Shown here piece by piece: positions 209,925 through 224,770 of a DNA stretch of 248,000 bases. The position numbers and the translations under genes are program-made. Each line of letters opens with the position of its first letter. The stretch's first letter is position 1. Below the pieces are notes generated by a model. The model was not told where the DNA came from. It saw only the letters and a list, made by a program, of their open reading frames with translations, and ran no database searches. The stretch comes from Octopus vulgaris (taxonomy: Eukaryota), in NCBI GenBank assembly GCA_951406725.2, contig OX597823.1:38212001-38460000 (forward strand). The letters run 5' to 3'.

Positions 209925-210017
<93 letters not shown>

Positions 210018-210019
210018 TA

Positions 210020-210602
<583 letters not shown>

Positions 210603-210606
210603 ACAC

Positions 210607-210651
<45 letters not shown>

Positions 210652-213600
210652 TATATGTATATAAACTTGTTCCTTCAATCAAAGTATTTAAAATGTTCAA
210701 GACGTGAGATTTTGAAATATATAAGTTTGCAATATCCTATTGTAAAGTATCTTAACCACGGTTATAGCTAACCTCTAATACTTTGTCTTCTTGATTAGTT
210801 AGCTGCAACAAAATATTTTCTTTGAAATTTCTAAATTTAAGTCTTGTCAAGGTCTAGTTAAATGTATACTATAATTTATATGACAGTCATCTGTATCTTT
210901 GCTGCAGATGAACACATTCTCAAACTACACCTACTTTCTTAAAAAGAATATCTTAATGTAATTTATGCTGGTCTTTTCCTGAACAAAAAATGGGATGGCC
211001 ATGACTTGGTTTCTTTTCATCCTTGGCCTCTTTAACCAGGATTGGCTTGGAGCTAAGCAACAACAAACAAATCCTTCTGTTGTAGAAAATTTTTTTTATT
211101 TATTGAAGAACAAAAAAAATTTTTTTAATTCATCTGTTAGTGCTTAGCAAATTAATAAATCTAAAGAAATTCTGAATAATTCCTATATTTTAATTTTTGA
211201 TTTAATCAATTTTTTTTTTACATAGAGATTACATTTTAAAAATTGATATATAATTTCATATTGATGTTTCAGTTTTTCATACATTATTTTTGCATCTTAT
211301 ATCTATTAGTTTAAAAATCAAACGAATCTATGGATATATTCTATAGAAGATTATAACAACAAAATGAAACAAATACTGGTAACACATCAATAACTTAATG
211401 TCCAATCTTGGTGCCATAAGAATGTTAACTATGCTAATTGGTCTATCCAGTTTACTTTAACCTCTAATATTAGTGAACTTATAAACAATGTGTTAGTGAA
211501 TATATAAAGTTGGTACGCAACTGTTCACTCCAGAGAGAGTGGAAAGGTCCATTTCTCTCTTTTTGTGTCTGCACACACATACTGTATAGATGAATTGTTA
211601 TAACACAGTGTTGGCTAACAAAATATCTATAAATATGATCTATATTACACTATAGCAATGTAATAAAACATTGTTTATGCATCTGTAATTATCTTTTTTG
211701 CAAAAGACTATTATTGTCTGTCTGCCTGTCTCTCCTTCTCTCTTTCTCTCTCTCTTTCACACACAAACACATGCATACATATGAACACACTTAGCCTTTC
211801 TGTGAAGGACTTTGCATTTTAATTGTGGTCAGAAACTAATCTCTCAGCTTCAAATTTTCTTTAACTCTCTTTAAAGCTACTAATGTAATAAAAGAACATT
211901 ATATATGATTAAAATCCAAATTCATCACAGAATTTGATTGATATCACTATATTTTATATGCAACAAAATGTTACAAAAATGTCTCACTTCACCTAAATTA
212001 GAAAATTTGATACTTTGGTACATTGAGCTTAATTTGAGTTTAAGATGACTCAGAGTCATGCTAGCCTAGTTCTTGTTATGGATAGCTTATTGCAGGCTAA
212101 CATGTAATTAATACACACCTCTATTTGAGATTTTGCAGTGGCAATGATATAACTTTTTCACTTCATCTAGTCAAGTAATCCTAAAATATAATCTTTCATT
212201 CAAACACACCACCATACATGCAAAAACATTCACATACTCTCATGCACTTGGAATGCGGATAAATATTGAATGTACTTGTAATGAATACATTATTGTATTT
212301 TTTTGCAATGTTCTCAATAATTGTCAGTGTTTGAATTGTTCCATATTTATAGCTATGATAAAATATTTATGCACTTAACACTATCTTGTAATCCTTTACT
212401 AGATTAATATCTGTACACACCAATGCTCTTCATTAATATTAGCAAAGTTGCCAAGAAAACATTTAGTCATACATGATTTCATAGTTTTTATGAATTTATA
212501 TAATATGGTATATTGTATGATGAACAAAGCGTGATATCTATGGCTAATATAATATTGTTGAAACCAATGTTATTAGAATGAAGTGATATAAATAAAATTA
212601 TAATAACAATAGTTTTGACCTTTATAAGACCTTCAGATGTAGAGTATGACTTTATTCTTTTATTTTTTTTACTAGAATTGTATGTAGGAATTCAGTGCTG
212701 CATAAACAATCTAATGTGGGTATATATGTCTTAAAGCTAGTAATAATGTATTGTGTAAACTGAAAACTAGATTGTTTCATATACATGAACCAAAATCTGT
212801 TGACAAAACAGTTGGGAAGACCCTAAGCTTTACCAATGATGAAAATATAATTAAAAGTTGTGATTTGTTTATTTTATTATATTCTTTTTGAAAGATTAGA
212901 AACCTTTATCTCTGTTTTGCATTGCTTTAAATACACAATGTATTCTGAATAAAGCTTGCATTATGAAAAACAAAATGATATAACTTACTTAGTTTTTACA
213001 TCATTACAGGTAAGATAGGTTGTTTATTCAGTAGACCATCAGACATTGCTCTCCCAGTGCTAGTAAACCCATTCTCCTTTTCTCTATATAATTTTCAGCA
213101 TTGGGTGCCTGCCTGGTTAGCATTAGAAAGGGCATCTGACTATAAAACAATGTCACACCATATTTGTTCAAGCATGGAGAAATGGAGATAAAATAAAGGC
213201 ATGAATCTCTGAACTATCCACTTCATCCCTCCATCTTCTTCATTGTCATTCTTTGTTTCTTTTGTGTTGCATCGGAATGAAGTGTGTCATCTTTATCATG
213301 AACCTGTTGTAATGCATCCTCTGGATGCATCCAGTTTTATGAACTTAATCCTGATATGTAGTTTTGTTTTGTTTTTGGATCTATTTCATTGTTTTATGAT
213401 TCTTCTGCACTATTCCACACTTAATTTATTTGTGACTATATTGAGTTGTTTATAGCCTGTTTGTTTGGTTCCAACTAAAAACGATACAAACAGAGAAAGA
213501 AAAATAAATAATACAGCAAAATACTTCAGATTGGCAAGCCTTCAGGGGAGTAATTACTATTTTTAGAAGCATAATGCGACCAAGAGTTGTTTAGATGAAG

Positions 213601-216600
213601 TGAATATTGTATATTGTCCATAAACACTGAAGGAAATTTAAGAGTATGCCTGTTGTTTAAAAAATGTGTGTTATTATTTAGCCTTGTGTTTTCATTGGTT
213701 GAGCGGACCTTATGGTCAAAGGTTTTCTAGTAGCGACCATCTAGTCTTTTCAGGCATAGTCTTTAGTTATCCACTATATTCTCCCTTTTCTTAATGACAG
213801 TAGATTATGGCTTAAGATATTTCTAGTAAGTCAAACAGAGGCTTTCTCATTGGCTGTTAGACTGTCTTTAATTTTACAAGTTAGTGAGATAAGAGTAATA
213901 TAAGTAAAGTATCTGATGTAGCATGAATGAATACAGTATAAAACTTTAAAATTTAAAGCGCTTAAAAATTTTTTAAATTGGTGTTGTAAGTGAATTTATC
214001 AAAAGTTTTTCTTTTTGGATATTGAATAATGAAATTTATAGACAACAATTGTACTAGCTATGTATTCTGAACTATTCTATAGTGATTTTTATTTATTTAG
214101 CCTACTGAGATTTGGACATGTAAATCTGAGCACATAAACATGTATAAGAACCAACATAAATAAAATTAAACTTGAATAAATGTTTTATTTTCACTTTACA
214201 TCTAATACAGAAGGTAATTGAAAAGATGCAGTCAGGTTTTGATGTGATAAGAATCTTCCCCTTTCAGCTATTATCAGTTTCTTTTGGAAATAAACAAATA
214301 TTATTATTGCAGACCTTATACTATTAAAGGTCATTGTTTCAAGTTGCGGCTATTTTACTATTACCAAAACTATCCATATGGCCATTTAGATAAAAGAAAC
214401 AAATCTGCTTTTTATCATGAGTGCTTATAAGCTCTTTCATTCTTGTTGCAGCAGTAAAGCATCACAGCCAAACTTCTGTCATATGTCAATCATTGAATGG
214501 AAGCATGCCTTTATTAAGAGATAATACTATTTTTGTGTTTACAAGTATTTATCCAAATACCATTGTAATCATATACAATTGGAGTAGATTGTATGATGAT
214601 ATTTTTGCATAATTAATTAGCATTAACAGTCTCTTAAAACTTAAATCTTTGTCCCAAACACAATTAGAAATATATTTAATGGAAGACGGCAATGGATTAA
214701 CCATTAGTTTTAATAATGAGTGTTTAAGTGTTAGATTAACCGAACTCCTGCTGAGATAATTACATGTAAGTAGCTGAATATTCCACAGCCATATGGAATG
214801 TGTTCCTTTAATGTAAATGTCAGGGTCAGTCAGTATGACAAAACATGGTGAAGCTGGACCTTTGAATTAGAGAAACAATACATCTGAAAGAAAGAGAGAG
214901 GGAATTTAATCCCAGCAGTGGACTAGTAGTTTATTGACCTTAAAAAGATGAAAGACAGTATTGAATTTGGCAAGATTTTAACTCAGAGTACAGAGAGCCG
215001 GAAAGAATGCTACAAGGTATTCTATTTGATTGTTATCATTCTGCTAATATGACACTTTTTCAATGAAAGTTATTTGTTTGATAAGAATACTTTTTAATTA
215101 ATCAGTATTATATTTTTATTGACATCCCCCCAAAAAACAACATGAACTATCTCAATGGATCATTTCAGGTAAAAGCTCTTGGCAAACACATAGATAAAAG
215201 TAATATTTAATCAAACACTTTTTCACGCCTGGTTGCGTCAGGTCCAATTCATTGAGGCAGATTTCCTACAGTCAGACACACTTCCTGTCACCAACCCTCA
215301 CCTGTTTCCAAGAAAGGTAATATTTCCTCATGGTCAGACATGTTTTTCATGAAAGATTAGAAATGTACAACCTCACTAGCATGATGATGATAATCATTCA
215401 GAACCATTGCATGATGTCAAGATAAGGGTACACATAAAAACACACACATACATATGATGGGCTTCTTTCAGTTTCCATCTACCAGATCTATTCATAAAGC
215501 TTTGGTCAGCTTATGGCTATAATAGAAGACATTTGCCTAAGGTGCCTCACTATGGGATTAAGCCCAAAGCCACATGGTTGGGAATCAAGCTTCTTTATTC
215601 CCAACACACAGATATACATTATCATGTCCAGTAAGTTCACCATCATCAATTCACTGCAGGGAAAGTTCACTGGTTTTTTTCAATAAAATAGTTTTTAACT
215701 ATTAATGGTGAGATACAATGGATATATTTTCTTGGTAAACTTTCCTCATGGTGAATTCTCTTCATGGTGAATTGACAGTGGTGAACTTTTCCTGTGGTGA
215801 ATTTATGGTGATGAACTTTCTTTGCAGTGAACTTACCTGTAACCATACATTATACACACATTCACTCATAAATTTATTTTATAGAAAACAATGTGTAAAG
215901 AATTAACCTGACATGACAATTAAAAACTGGAGAGTAAACCATAACTCATTTTTGAAATATTAAATTATGATTGTTGTTATTGTTGTTACTGAACTGTACA
216001 TTATTTCCGACTGAGTTTCTCTAACCATGGCCATCCTATCCAGTTTTTTCAGACAACCTATCTCAGATTACATTATCCAATATGTCTTTCCTCCCACCTT
216101 TTTATATATATTTTTAAATGATGTAGTAGGCTTTGAGGGAAATTTGGTTGCTATTTCTAGCTGGTCACCCAACCTCAAAGAGGCTCCCTCAATAGCTCAT
216201 TAATGTATGATTATTTGATGTGGTTAAATTTTACATCAGTTGCCACAGTCATTTTAGACACTGATCAACTCATTGACCTGGAAGTCTATGGTGCTTTTAG
216301 TACTCAGGATCAATTATTTATGGTTTATTATTAAAATGCATTTGTAAAGTAAGCCTGTCCATTAAAAGAGTTTACTAGACAGAATGATCTAAAAGAAATT
216401 TTGAATATGTTTCTATTAACTCTGCATTGATAATTATAGCTTTAGGTACATGCCTGATAGCATCATGCTTCACTGTAGCTTATTATTATTTTACAAACTG
216501 TGTTTCTCCATTTGATTATTTATCAAATTAAAGCATCTTGGTACAATAATAAGATAATGTAAATTATGAAATACTTTGTCTCCTTATAGAAAAAAATGAA

Positions 216601-216789
216601 GTGGGAACGTTCCAGTGGATATGTGTATGAATAACATTGTATAATTAAGCTAAGAGGAAAACTAGGTGTCAAAAGGAATCAAATGTAGTTTGTCTAAGAA
216701 AAGACTGCACTGGTATGGACATGTGATGTGTCTGAAGTTTGACATAAGGAAGTTTTAAAGCACACAAAGTGAATTAAATCTGTGGAATA

Positions 216790-216975
216790 GTGAAAACTGT
216801 TCCCAAAGTAGTGAAAACCCAAAGTAGTGAAAACCGTTCCCAAAGTAGTGAAAACTGTTCCCAAAGTAGTGAAAACTGTTCCCAAAGAAGTGAAAACTGT
216901 TCCCATAGTAGTGAAAACCATTCCCAAAGTAGTGAAAACCGTTCCCAAAGTAGTGAAAACTGCTCCCAAATTAGT
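216790..216975. repeat. 21-bp tandem minisatellite (~8 units)
   Basis: (gtagtgaaaactgttcccaaa)n. Confidence 0.92.
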
Positions 216976-217711
216976 AAAAATTGTTCTTTCATCCCCAAGT
217001 TGCTTCTTTGTCTATCCATTATACCCTCACTCTCTTTCTACTTTAAAAACCACTGACCATTTCTATGACTGTCCATTATTTTTTCCAACTCTCTCTCCCC
217101 ACCAATATTCTCTATCTCTCTTATTACACCTGCCATCACTATCTCTTTAATATTACTGTTCCTCTTCCCTCCTTCTAGCACTGTCTTTTTCATTTCTCTC
217201 TCTAGTCACTCTGTCTCCTTGCCATACTCTTACTTCTTTTCCCCTTCCCACTCTGGTTTATCTTTCACAGTCACTCTCTGTCCTGCTACCCACTCTGTTG
217301 ATCATGTTGTCCTGAATGGAGACCTCATGCAATTGCTGTGATCCCTTTTGCCTTGCAGGGTAAAAGGCAACCTAAAAAGTGCTAGTGCTGTAATGAAATG
217401 TTTCCATTACACTCTGTAAAATAATTAGTGAATGAGATAAGACAAAATAGTGTTGAAAAGTCCCTTTCATCTTGTCTTTCTGTGGAAAATTGACTCCAGG
217501 ACTTATTTTCTAAGTACTTATTTCATCAGTTCCTGTTGCTGAACTACTAAGGACATAAAGACACCAACATCAGTTGTCAAGCAGTGGTGGAGGACAAACA
217601 CAGACACAAAGACACACACTCTGGTTGTGTGTGTGTGTATCAACATCATTATTACTCATTAAGATGGGTTTGAACCATGTCTGTCTCATGTTCTATATGT
217701 GTGCATGCACA

Positions 217712-219028
217712 TACAAGGAGGTACCCAAAAGAAACCGAAATTTTGCAATATTATTTTACCCACTTAGTTTTACATGTTTACACTTTTACTGCCTTCAAAG
217801 TATTCTCAATTAGAAGCAATGCATCAGTCCAGATATATTTTCCACTGTTTAAAGTAGTCTTGGAACTCTTGCAAAGTGATGCCTTTTGATGCCTCTGTTG
217901 TTTTTTTCTTCACCTCTTCCACATCTGCAAAACGTTTTCCTTTAAGGACTTTTTTCATTCAGGGGAACAAAAAAATGTCACCGGGAGCAAGATTGGGTGA
218001 ATAGGGAGGGTGGTTAGGCAGGGCCATGTCATATTTGGTCAAAACCTGTCTCACACTTAATGCAGTGTGTGCAGGCACATTGTCATGGTGAAACCACCCT
218101 CTCCACTTTGTCACAAGTCAGAGTGTTTTCATCTCATCACTTCTCACAAATGCTTCAGAATTGTCAAGTAAAATGTCTGGTTAACAGTTTGACCAGGAAG
218201 AAAAAATTCTGTGTGGACAATTCACTTCACATCGATGAAACAAATCAGCATCATCTTGATATTGGACATCACTTGATGTGCTTTTGGGGGGCATGCTGAT
218301 ATTGAATGCTTCCATTGACTTGATTGCTACTTCGCTTCCAGGTCATAGCTATAGCATCAGCTTTTGTCACCAGTGATGATCTTCGAAAAATGGTCTGTAT
218401 CAACTTCCAACTGTTCTTTCAGTTCACAACATGCCTTCAGCTGTAACTGCTTCTGATCTTCTGTGAGCAAGTGAGGCACAAATTTTGCTGCAACTCTTTT
218501 CATTCACAATTCCTCGCCCTAAATTCATTGGCAGGGGCTGCAGGACATGCCAGTCATATCAATAAGTTCGTCAATTGTTTTTGGCAACTCCAAGATCAGT
218601 TCATGAATTTTTATGTTTTCATCCATTTGAGAGGTTGATGGTCTTCCTGAATGAGGTGAGTCTTCAAGTGACAAGTGATCATTCCTAAAGCCTGAAAACC
218701 ACTCATGAACTTGTGTTTTGCTCAAGCAGTGAATTTGTAAGATGTTTGAGGCATGATGACTATTTCTGCTGCTGTTTTCCCTGGCAGAAAGCAGTATTTC
218801 ATGGAAGAATGCTGTTCCTTTGTTTCAGCCATTGCAAAAATCATTGAACAAGGGAGAAGCACTGCAATACAGAGATGCACCATGTGGCAGTACTACTTCA
218901 CTTGCCAATACTGGTTAGCAGACTGATGCCTGAGGGTCACATCACGTGGCTTCTAGCTTCAGAAGCCTGAACTACAACAGACTTGTCCCATAGAGAATAT
219001 TTCTGGTTACTTTTGGGTACCCCTTCGT
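217712..219028 (-). mobile_element. Full-length (~1.3 kb) decayed mariner
   Basis: Both TIRs (tacaaggaggtacccaaaagaaaccg / ttctggttacttttgggtacccctt); MSKTQVHEWFSGFRN..LEDSPHSGRPSTS. Confidence 0.88.
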
Positions 219029-220616
219029 GTGTGTGTGTGTGTGTGTGTGTGTGCATGAAGTTTGAGTATAAAAGGTATTCACTAACCAGCTCATTAACTG
219101 TAGTGTCAAATCCATTCTAGGTACATTTTGGCATCTCTGAACAGGCACTGCTTCAGTATAAAAGTCTAAATGTTTTATTGTAGCTAGGGGAAATATAATT
219201 TCAATGATCTTGAGAGAGTTAATGTCTTAGACAAACATTTTACATAGGAGTTTTGTCTCTCATTGGCTTAAAGTTTAGGAAAGTTGTTCTATAGGTTTAC
219301 AAAAAAAAGACTTTATTTAGATACATATGTGGAAGCACTCCGTTAGTTACGGCGATGAGGGTTCCGGTTGATCCGATCAATGGAACAGCCTGCTCGTGAA
219401 ATTAACGTGTAAGTGGCTGAGCACTCCACAGACACGTGTACCCTTAACGTAGTTCTCGGGGATATTCAGCGTGACACAGAGAGTGACAAGGCCGGCCCTT
219501 TGAAATACAGATATAACAGAAACAGGAAGTAAGAGTGAGAGAAAGTTGTGGTGAAAGAGTACAGCAGGGATTACCACCATCCCTGCCGGAGCCTCATGCA
219601 GCTTTAGGTGTTTTCGATCAATAAACACTCACAACACCCGGTCTGGGAATCGAAACCGCAATCCTACGACCGCGAGTCCGCCGCCCTAATCACTGGGCCA
219701 TTGCGCCTCCACTTAGATACATATATTATATTTGGATACATATATCACCATCATCATCCTTCTTCACATCAACATTTTAACATTTGTGTTTCTATGTTGA
219801 CATTAGATATTCATTGGATGATATTTAACTCACTTTCTTCGACCTTTGGAGATTTTCTAACTCAGTGCTTGTGTTTTTCTACTCTGTAGCAGTATACTCT
219901 TCATACGAACTTCTATAATCTACCTTTTGCACAAGCGAAACCCTTGTTGCTACACTAAAGAGATCCTTTATTTCATAATCTCATTACTCAAGAAATGCTA
220001 GCCTTAAGAACTATAAGAATCAATGCTGATTCTTGCCTGTAACTCCTGTTCTTCACTGAACTCACATCTTGTCCCAAATTTGTTTACTTACACTCTCAAC
220101 AACTATTCACATACATCTATTTCCTGCAGTGTCAGTGGGAGGTCTTGTCAAAATTTCTGCAATGGCAAATATAGACTAGTTTGTTCTGCACTAAAAACTT
220201 CTATTACATCTTATCTGAACAAACTCTGTTTTGTATTAACATTATCAAAGACAGTTCCTATATAATATTGTATACCGGTTTTTATATTACATAATAAATG
220301 AGAACACTTCTTGGGAGGCTTAGTGTTCAATCTAGCAAATGTATTTAGACTTTCAGCAAGAATTATGAATTAAAAACCTTGGAGCAGTGTTAAGAAGTAC
220401 TGAAGATTATATGTTAGTATGGTCATGCAGAATATTATATTGTGTGTGTATGCATGTGTCTGTGTGATTAGGAATCAGTTAATGATTTACTTTGTAACAA
220501 ATATATATGTGCTTGTACACATAGAGAACATGAGACAGACATGGTTCAAACCCATCCTGGAAGGCAGTAACTTTTAATTAGTAATAATGATGTTGACACT
220601 CACGCACACACATACG

Positions 220617-220651
<35 letters not shown>

Positions 220652-223292
220652 AGACAGACAGAGTGTGTGTGGTCAGTGTGCAGTGGCTAGGCCAGTTTTA
220701 ATTGCTGGAAGCAAGTCAGGTGATTGAACATGTAGCAGGCCAGGAATATTGTTGTTACTAGCTAAAGTACTTTGGTGTAAAGCTAAACCCTCAGTCCAAA
220801 TGTAAAGCCATCAAGAGCCAGCTGCTCTGCACCACTTATTCCATAACACTTGTCAAATTGATAGACCATGTCAGGTGTATGGAAGCTTTGCAGGAGTGAT
220901 TTTCTCCTATGATAACAATTAGATAATATCTCTGATTTCCAGCTAAGTGTTAATTAATATTGCTGTTTCAAGATCTGCAGTTTTTCAGTAAGGTTTAGTC
221001 TATAGTTTTGGGATCTGTAGCTTCGCCAATGATGTTCTATGACATGGAGATATGCTTTTTAATCTGTGGCCCCTGAGTTTCCAAACAAATTTAGACAAGA
221101 AAATAGTGTTTATCTTGTTGCTAACTTGAATGGGTTTAGAGGTTGGTAATATTGGCTTTTGACTGCATTCACAATGGGTCCTGTATGATTTCTTTCAGTG
221201 CCATTCTGGAGTGTTATAGATACTCTCTCTCTCTTTCTGTTTCTCTATCATTCACACACACACTCAAAGCATTGGCATTTGGTATCCTAAAACCAAAGTG
221301 CCATGTAAAAAGCATTGGTATTTGTGCCATGTAAAAAAGGGCTGATGATAGTGCCATGTAAAAGAACAGGTGATGGTACCATGTAAAAAGCATCCAGTAC
221401 ACTCAATAAAGTGGTTGGTACTAGGAAGGGCATCTAACTGTAGAAACCAAGCCAAAACAGGCTATAGAACCTGGTGTGACCCCTGGCTTTGCCAGCACCT
221501 GTCAAGCTATCCAACCCATGTCAGCATGGAAAACAGATGTTAAATGATAATGATAATGATACATCACCACTTTAGTGAAGTTAGATCCTCTAACTGGTCA
221601 GCTTGATGTCTGCAACTACAAGCTAGCTGTTGAGGCTCGAATCTGCCTAGGTGTGTGTTACAGGTTGTATTGTGTATAGCTGGGGTATATTGTCTTATAT
221701 GTGATAGTAAGTTTTATACATGAAAAAGTATCTTAAAGTAGAAGCTATTTTTAAAATATTCATCAGCTGAACACTTTAAAAATGAACAAGAGTAAATATA
221801 TACTATATTGAAATAGTTTTAAGAATATCCAGTTTTAATTTACTATACAAAGTATGCAAAATGCTACATTGGTGCTATTGAAAATATATTTTTTTACAGT
221901 TTACCATTCCAGTATTATATTATATTAGAGCTATTTACAGTTTGTGTTATTTTATTTCATTTACTAAATTTATTTAGGATAAAATAAAAAGAATCTCAAT
222001 AAATTATATTATGCTAACTTAAAATTATATTGCAATAATTTCCTTTGTAACAAATAAAGGTATGTTAATGGTATTATTTAATTTATGGCTTAAAATAACA
222101 AAGGATAAAGAAAGTTTTAAATAGTGTATGAAGTATATTGTTGCTCTCACCAATCATCAATAATGTAGTTCTTGATTGTTTGGCCTACAAAAGACAGTAG
222201 CGCTATGCTGATTGGTGAGCTGTGCAGTCACCAAAAGCATTGCTTACTGGCTATGCCATCTTTAGCTTAGGGATTTATAGCCAGATAAAATAATGTTGAT
222301 TGCTGAACTGTCAGTCAAGTAGGTTGAAAGCTTTATTTAGGAACTAATTCTGCTTGTATTCCAAACATTTTTATTTGTAGCCATATGTGGCACTGTAAGC
222401 TGTGATGCAGGACATGGCAGTGCAACTTGTATTCATCAGATCACTGCCAATTAACTACATCATTGGTTGCTTTCAACATCTATATTTTCTAATTATGCTG
222501 AATGGAAACAAACTGAAATGTGTACCTGGATTAATATTTTCCCATACATACCTGTATGTATTTTTTCTTCCTTATATCTGTCAGATATTGTTTGGTAAAT
222601 GGCCATAGTTTGCCTCAATTCTTTAGGAATTAGATGCAACATAGCTCGACAGGTAGGTTATTTTCATTACAAATTAAAAACATTACAAATGAAAAATATC
222701 TCTCATTATACTAAACTTCTTTCTAATTATATTTTCTCAATCATTAATAAGATCTGCTCTTTTCATTTGTCAATTAAAAATAAAATTCGAAATACTTATG
222801 TAAAATTTGTTATTTTTGTGACAATATTTCAATATTCACTCATCATATGAAAGCCATCTGTTTTTGTATTTTTTAATCAGCCAGACAGGTTAGAATATAC
222901 ATACATGCATAAATATGTATATATATATATATATGATTGTCCAAGGGCATTTTTACAGCTATATCTGATAACGGTTATTTTCAATACTTTTCTCGCTGGA
223001 TTATGTGTTTGTTTCTCTTTTGGTCATCAGCAATTTTATTTTTGATCTTTTATATAAATGAAGATATTTCCTCCGTCTGGCTGTTTTTCTCTCTACAAAA
223101 CGGAAAGTTACATTATAGAACAGTTATTTTTACGAGTTGTATTTATTTATTTTTTCATCACCCGATGAGATACATCTGAACCAGTTATTGAGTGTCCCAC
223201 ACAAAAGGAATTGATGCTAGATGTGTTGAAACAATTGTCGTGATTAATAATAAATTCTCATATATTCCATCTTCTGTCTTTCATTTGTTATG

Positions 223293-223323
<31 letters not shown>

Positions 223324-223720
223324 GTATTTATATGTATGTATTTATATTTATATTTATATGTATGTATTTATATTTATATGTATGTATTTATGTGTATATG
223401 TAGGTATATATATGTATTTATATGTATATGCATGTATATTTATATGTATATGCATGTATATATGTATATATATGTATATATATATATATATGTATGTATG
223501 TATGTATGTATATATGTATATGTATGTATGTATATATGTATATATGTATATGTAAAGGTCTTAGTTGCCAATTTTGTACAAGACATTGTAGATCTTTAGC
223601 TGGGCTAAAAAGTCACATTCGATCACAGCACCAGTGACAGTTAAGCTTCGTGCAATGGCCATACTCGATAACGAGGGGGCAGCCATAAAAAAAAAATATA
223701 TATATGTATGTATATATATA

Positions 223721-223755
<35 letters not shown>

Positions 223756-224079
223756 GACTGGCCAGACTGGAGCAATCTCAAGAATAATATATATGTATAT
223801 ATATGTATGTATATATATATATATATGCATATATATGTATGTATATATATATGCATATATGTATATATATATATGTATATATATGTATGTATGTATACAT
223901 ATCTATATATATATATATGTTTATATATATATATGTGTATATGTATGTATATATATGTATGTATGTATATATATATATATATTTGTATATGTATGTATAT
224001 ATATATATATTTGTATATGTATGTATATATATATTTGTATGTATATATATGTATATGTATATGTATATATATGTACATA

Positions 224080-224141
<62 letters not shown>

Positions 224142-224736
224142 TATTGTTCTGGCTGTTGCCCATGCAACATCGATATTCTTCCCTGAGTTTGTGAAATTTT
224201 TGTAAGGCTTCACTTCCATGCGCGCCAGCTTAATTCAATTCATACTTGGTTGAAAGACACCTGTTGTTATGTCCTGTTAGTATTTTTATTGTATTTATAT
224301 TTGTGTGATATTGTCTGTTTTTTTCTGTCCTTGTTTTTGTATATATTCGCTGCTTTCTTCCAAGGAATCTAATGCTCTTGGCTTAGTTTTTCCTTGGGGC
224401 TGGCAAGACTGGAGCAATCTCAAGAATAATCAGCTGAAATTGCGAGGATAATCTGGTGCTTGACTGAGGAGTGACCCGTCCTTGTTTTCTTTGTATCGTC
224501 TATCTGGATGTTTTGTTGTCATTTTTTGTATCACCTAGCTGTCCGGATGTTTTGCGTTATATACATATATATTTATACGTATATATATTTATATATATAT
224601 ATTTACATATATATGTATATATATGTATATATATGTATATGTATATATATGTATGTGTATATGTAATATGTGCATGTATGTCTATATGTATATATGTGTA
224701 TATATGTATATATATGAATGCATATATATATGTATG

Positions 224737-224770
<34 letters not shown>

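Noticed and set aside
216790-216975. CRISPR-like or repetitive-protein (KTVPKVV)n array
   Set aside because: Head-to-tail 21-bp units with no unique spacers, no cas genes, eukaryotic context and no splice or start support; this is a minisatellite.
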